Origin: a virus
Taxonomy: Duplodnaviria > Heunggongvirae > Uroviricota > Caudoviricetes
Virus record (IMG/VR): IMGVR_UViG_3300042524_000214
Span: 38,663-102,662 of that record
Length of the DNA: 64,000 nt
Reading direction: 5' to 3' (one strand)
How positions within the stretch are numbered: the first letter of the stretch is position 1; the number at the start of each line of letters is the position of its first letter. Below are positions 63,638 to 64,000 of this stretch, one piece after another. The notes below the pieces were generated by a model. It had not been told where the DNA came from and searched no databases. It saw nothing but the letters and a program-made list of their open reading frames with translations. A program made the position numbers and the translations under genes.

Positions 63638-64000
63638 TTATTGACAGCCGAAGTATTCTTCGTTTATGTCGTTCAACTCCTTTTTGGAGTAATAGTTTTT
63701 AGAAGTCTTGAAAGACTCCGGGCTATTCGCTAGGTACACATAATCTTTAAAGTTTATATCTGAGAACGGTGCCTCAGAATTAGCTTTCTTATACCCTTGC
63801 TTTTTGTCTGTATCCAACTTACCGTAGAATTTCACATTCTCAAATTCAAATATCTTTTCAAAGATTCCTATTGGTGTTTTAACAAAAGTCTCACTTTCAT
63901 TCTTGACAGCCAAAACTCCTCCTTTTAAATAAGTGTATTGCCCTGCTACTTTTTTAACTCTGTCTGGGTTATTTACAGCTCTTTGTCTCTGTTCTAATTG
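63638..64000 (-). CDS. hypothetical protein, 5'-partial (continues beyond window end)
   Basis: Track start 63913 is a TTG; the frame stays open upstream to position 64000 (...QLEQRQRAVNNPDRVKKVAGQYTYLKGGVLAVKNESE...). Confidence 0.45.
   Translation of the reverse strand, partial: QLEQRQRAVNNPDRVKKVAGQYTYLKGGVLAVKNESETFVKTPIGIFEKIFEFENVKFYGKLDTDKKQGYKKANSEAPFSDINFKDYVYLANSPESFKTSKNYYSKKELNDINEEYFGCQ

Noticed and set aside
1-64000. CRISPR arrays, integrase, terminase or capsid genes
   Set aside because: No regularly spaced direct repeats, no tyrosine or serine recombinase motifs, and no recognisable terminase or major capsid signatures among the translated ORFs. Structural genes presumably lie beyond 64 kb on the minus strand.

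Overview
This 64 kb window reads as a compact double-stranded DNA phage genome segment, most likely from a phage of a Bacteroidetes (Flavobacteriia-type) host. Nearly every transcription unit is preceded by the Bacteroidetes sigma-A promoter pattern, a -33 TTTG/TTG and a -7 TAnnTTTG box; more than 20 copies were found. Short GC hairpins followed by T-runs act as intrinsic terminators. Almost everything from 1 to 57.7 kb is on the + strand. From 57.8 kb a minus-strand block begins with a 1908-aa protein and a partial ORF that runs off the window end.

Gene content, left to right:
- 0.4-4.3 kb: proteostasis module with GroEL, a GroES-like protein, a tRNA, a hotdog thioesterase, a thioredoxin and a ClpP-like protease.
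- 5.9-6.9 kb: HNH homing endonuclease on the minus strand.
- 9-25 kb: a long array of small early genes, many very acidic or zinc-ribbon, joined by a conserved TAAACTAACTAGTATG junction.
- 25-31 kb: DenV pyrimidine-dimer glycosylase, an endonuclease VII-like protein, a DnaQ-like exonuclease and a PD-(D/E)XK nuclease.
- 31.4-32.4 kb: an SPFH lipoprotein with a small membrane partner.
- 32.4-33.8 kb: an RNA island with tRNA-Arg(TCT), tRNA-Met(CAT), tRNA-like remnants and a candidate permuted (two-piece) tmRNA with a G3-U70 acceptor pair.
- 35.5-38.1 kb: NrdB and NrdA (ribonucleotide reductase).
- 40-40.8 kb: membrane-anchored glucosaminidase endolysin candidate and a putative holin.
- 41-57.7 kb: two metallophosphoesterases, ThyX, a second exonuclease, a HAD phosphatase, dUTPase, a DnaB-like helicase, a dNMP-kinase-like protein, family A DNA polymerase, an Rnl2-type RNA ligase, RNase H and an AEP-like protein.

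No CRISPR array, integrase or obvious structural or terminase genes were recognised. All calls come from reading the sequence and the ORF translations by eye; no database searches were run.
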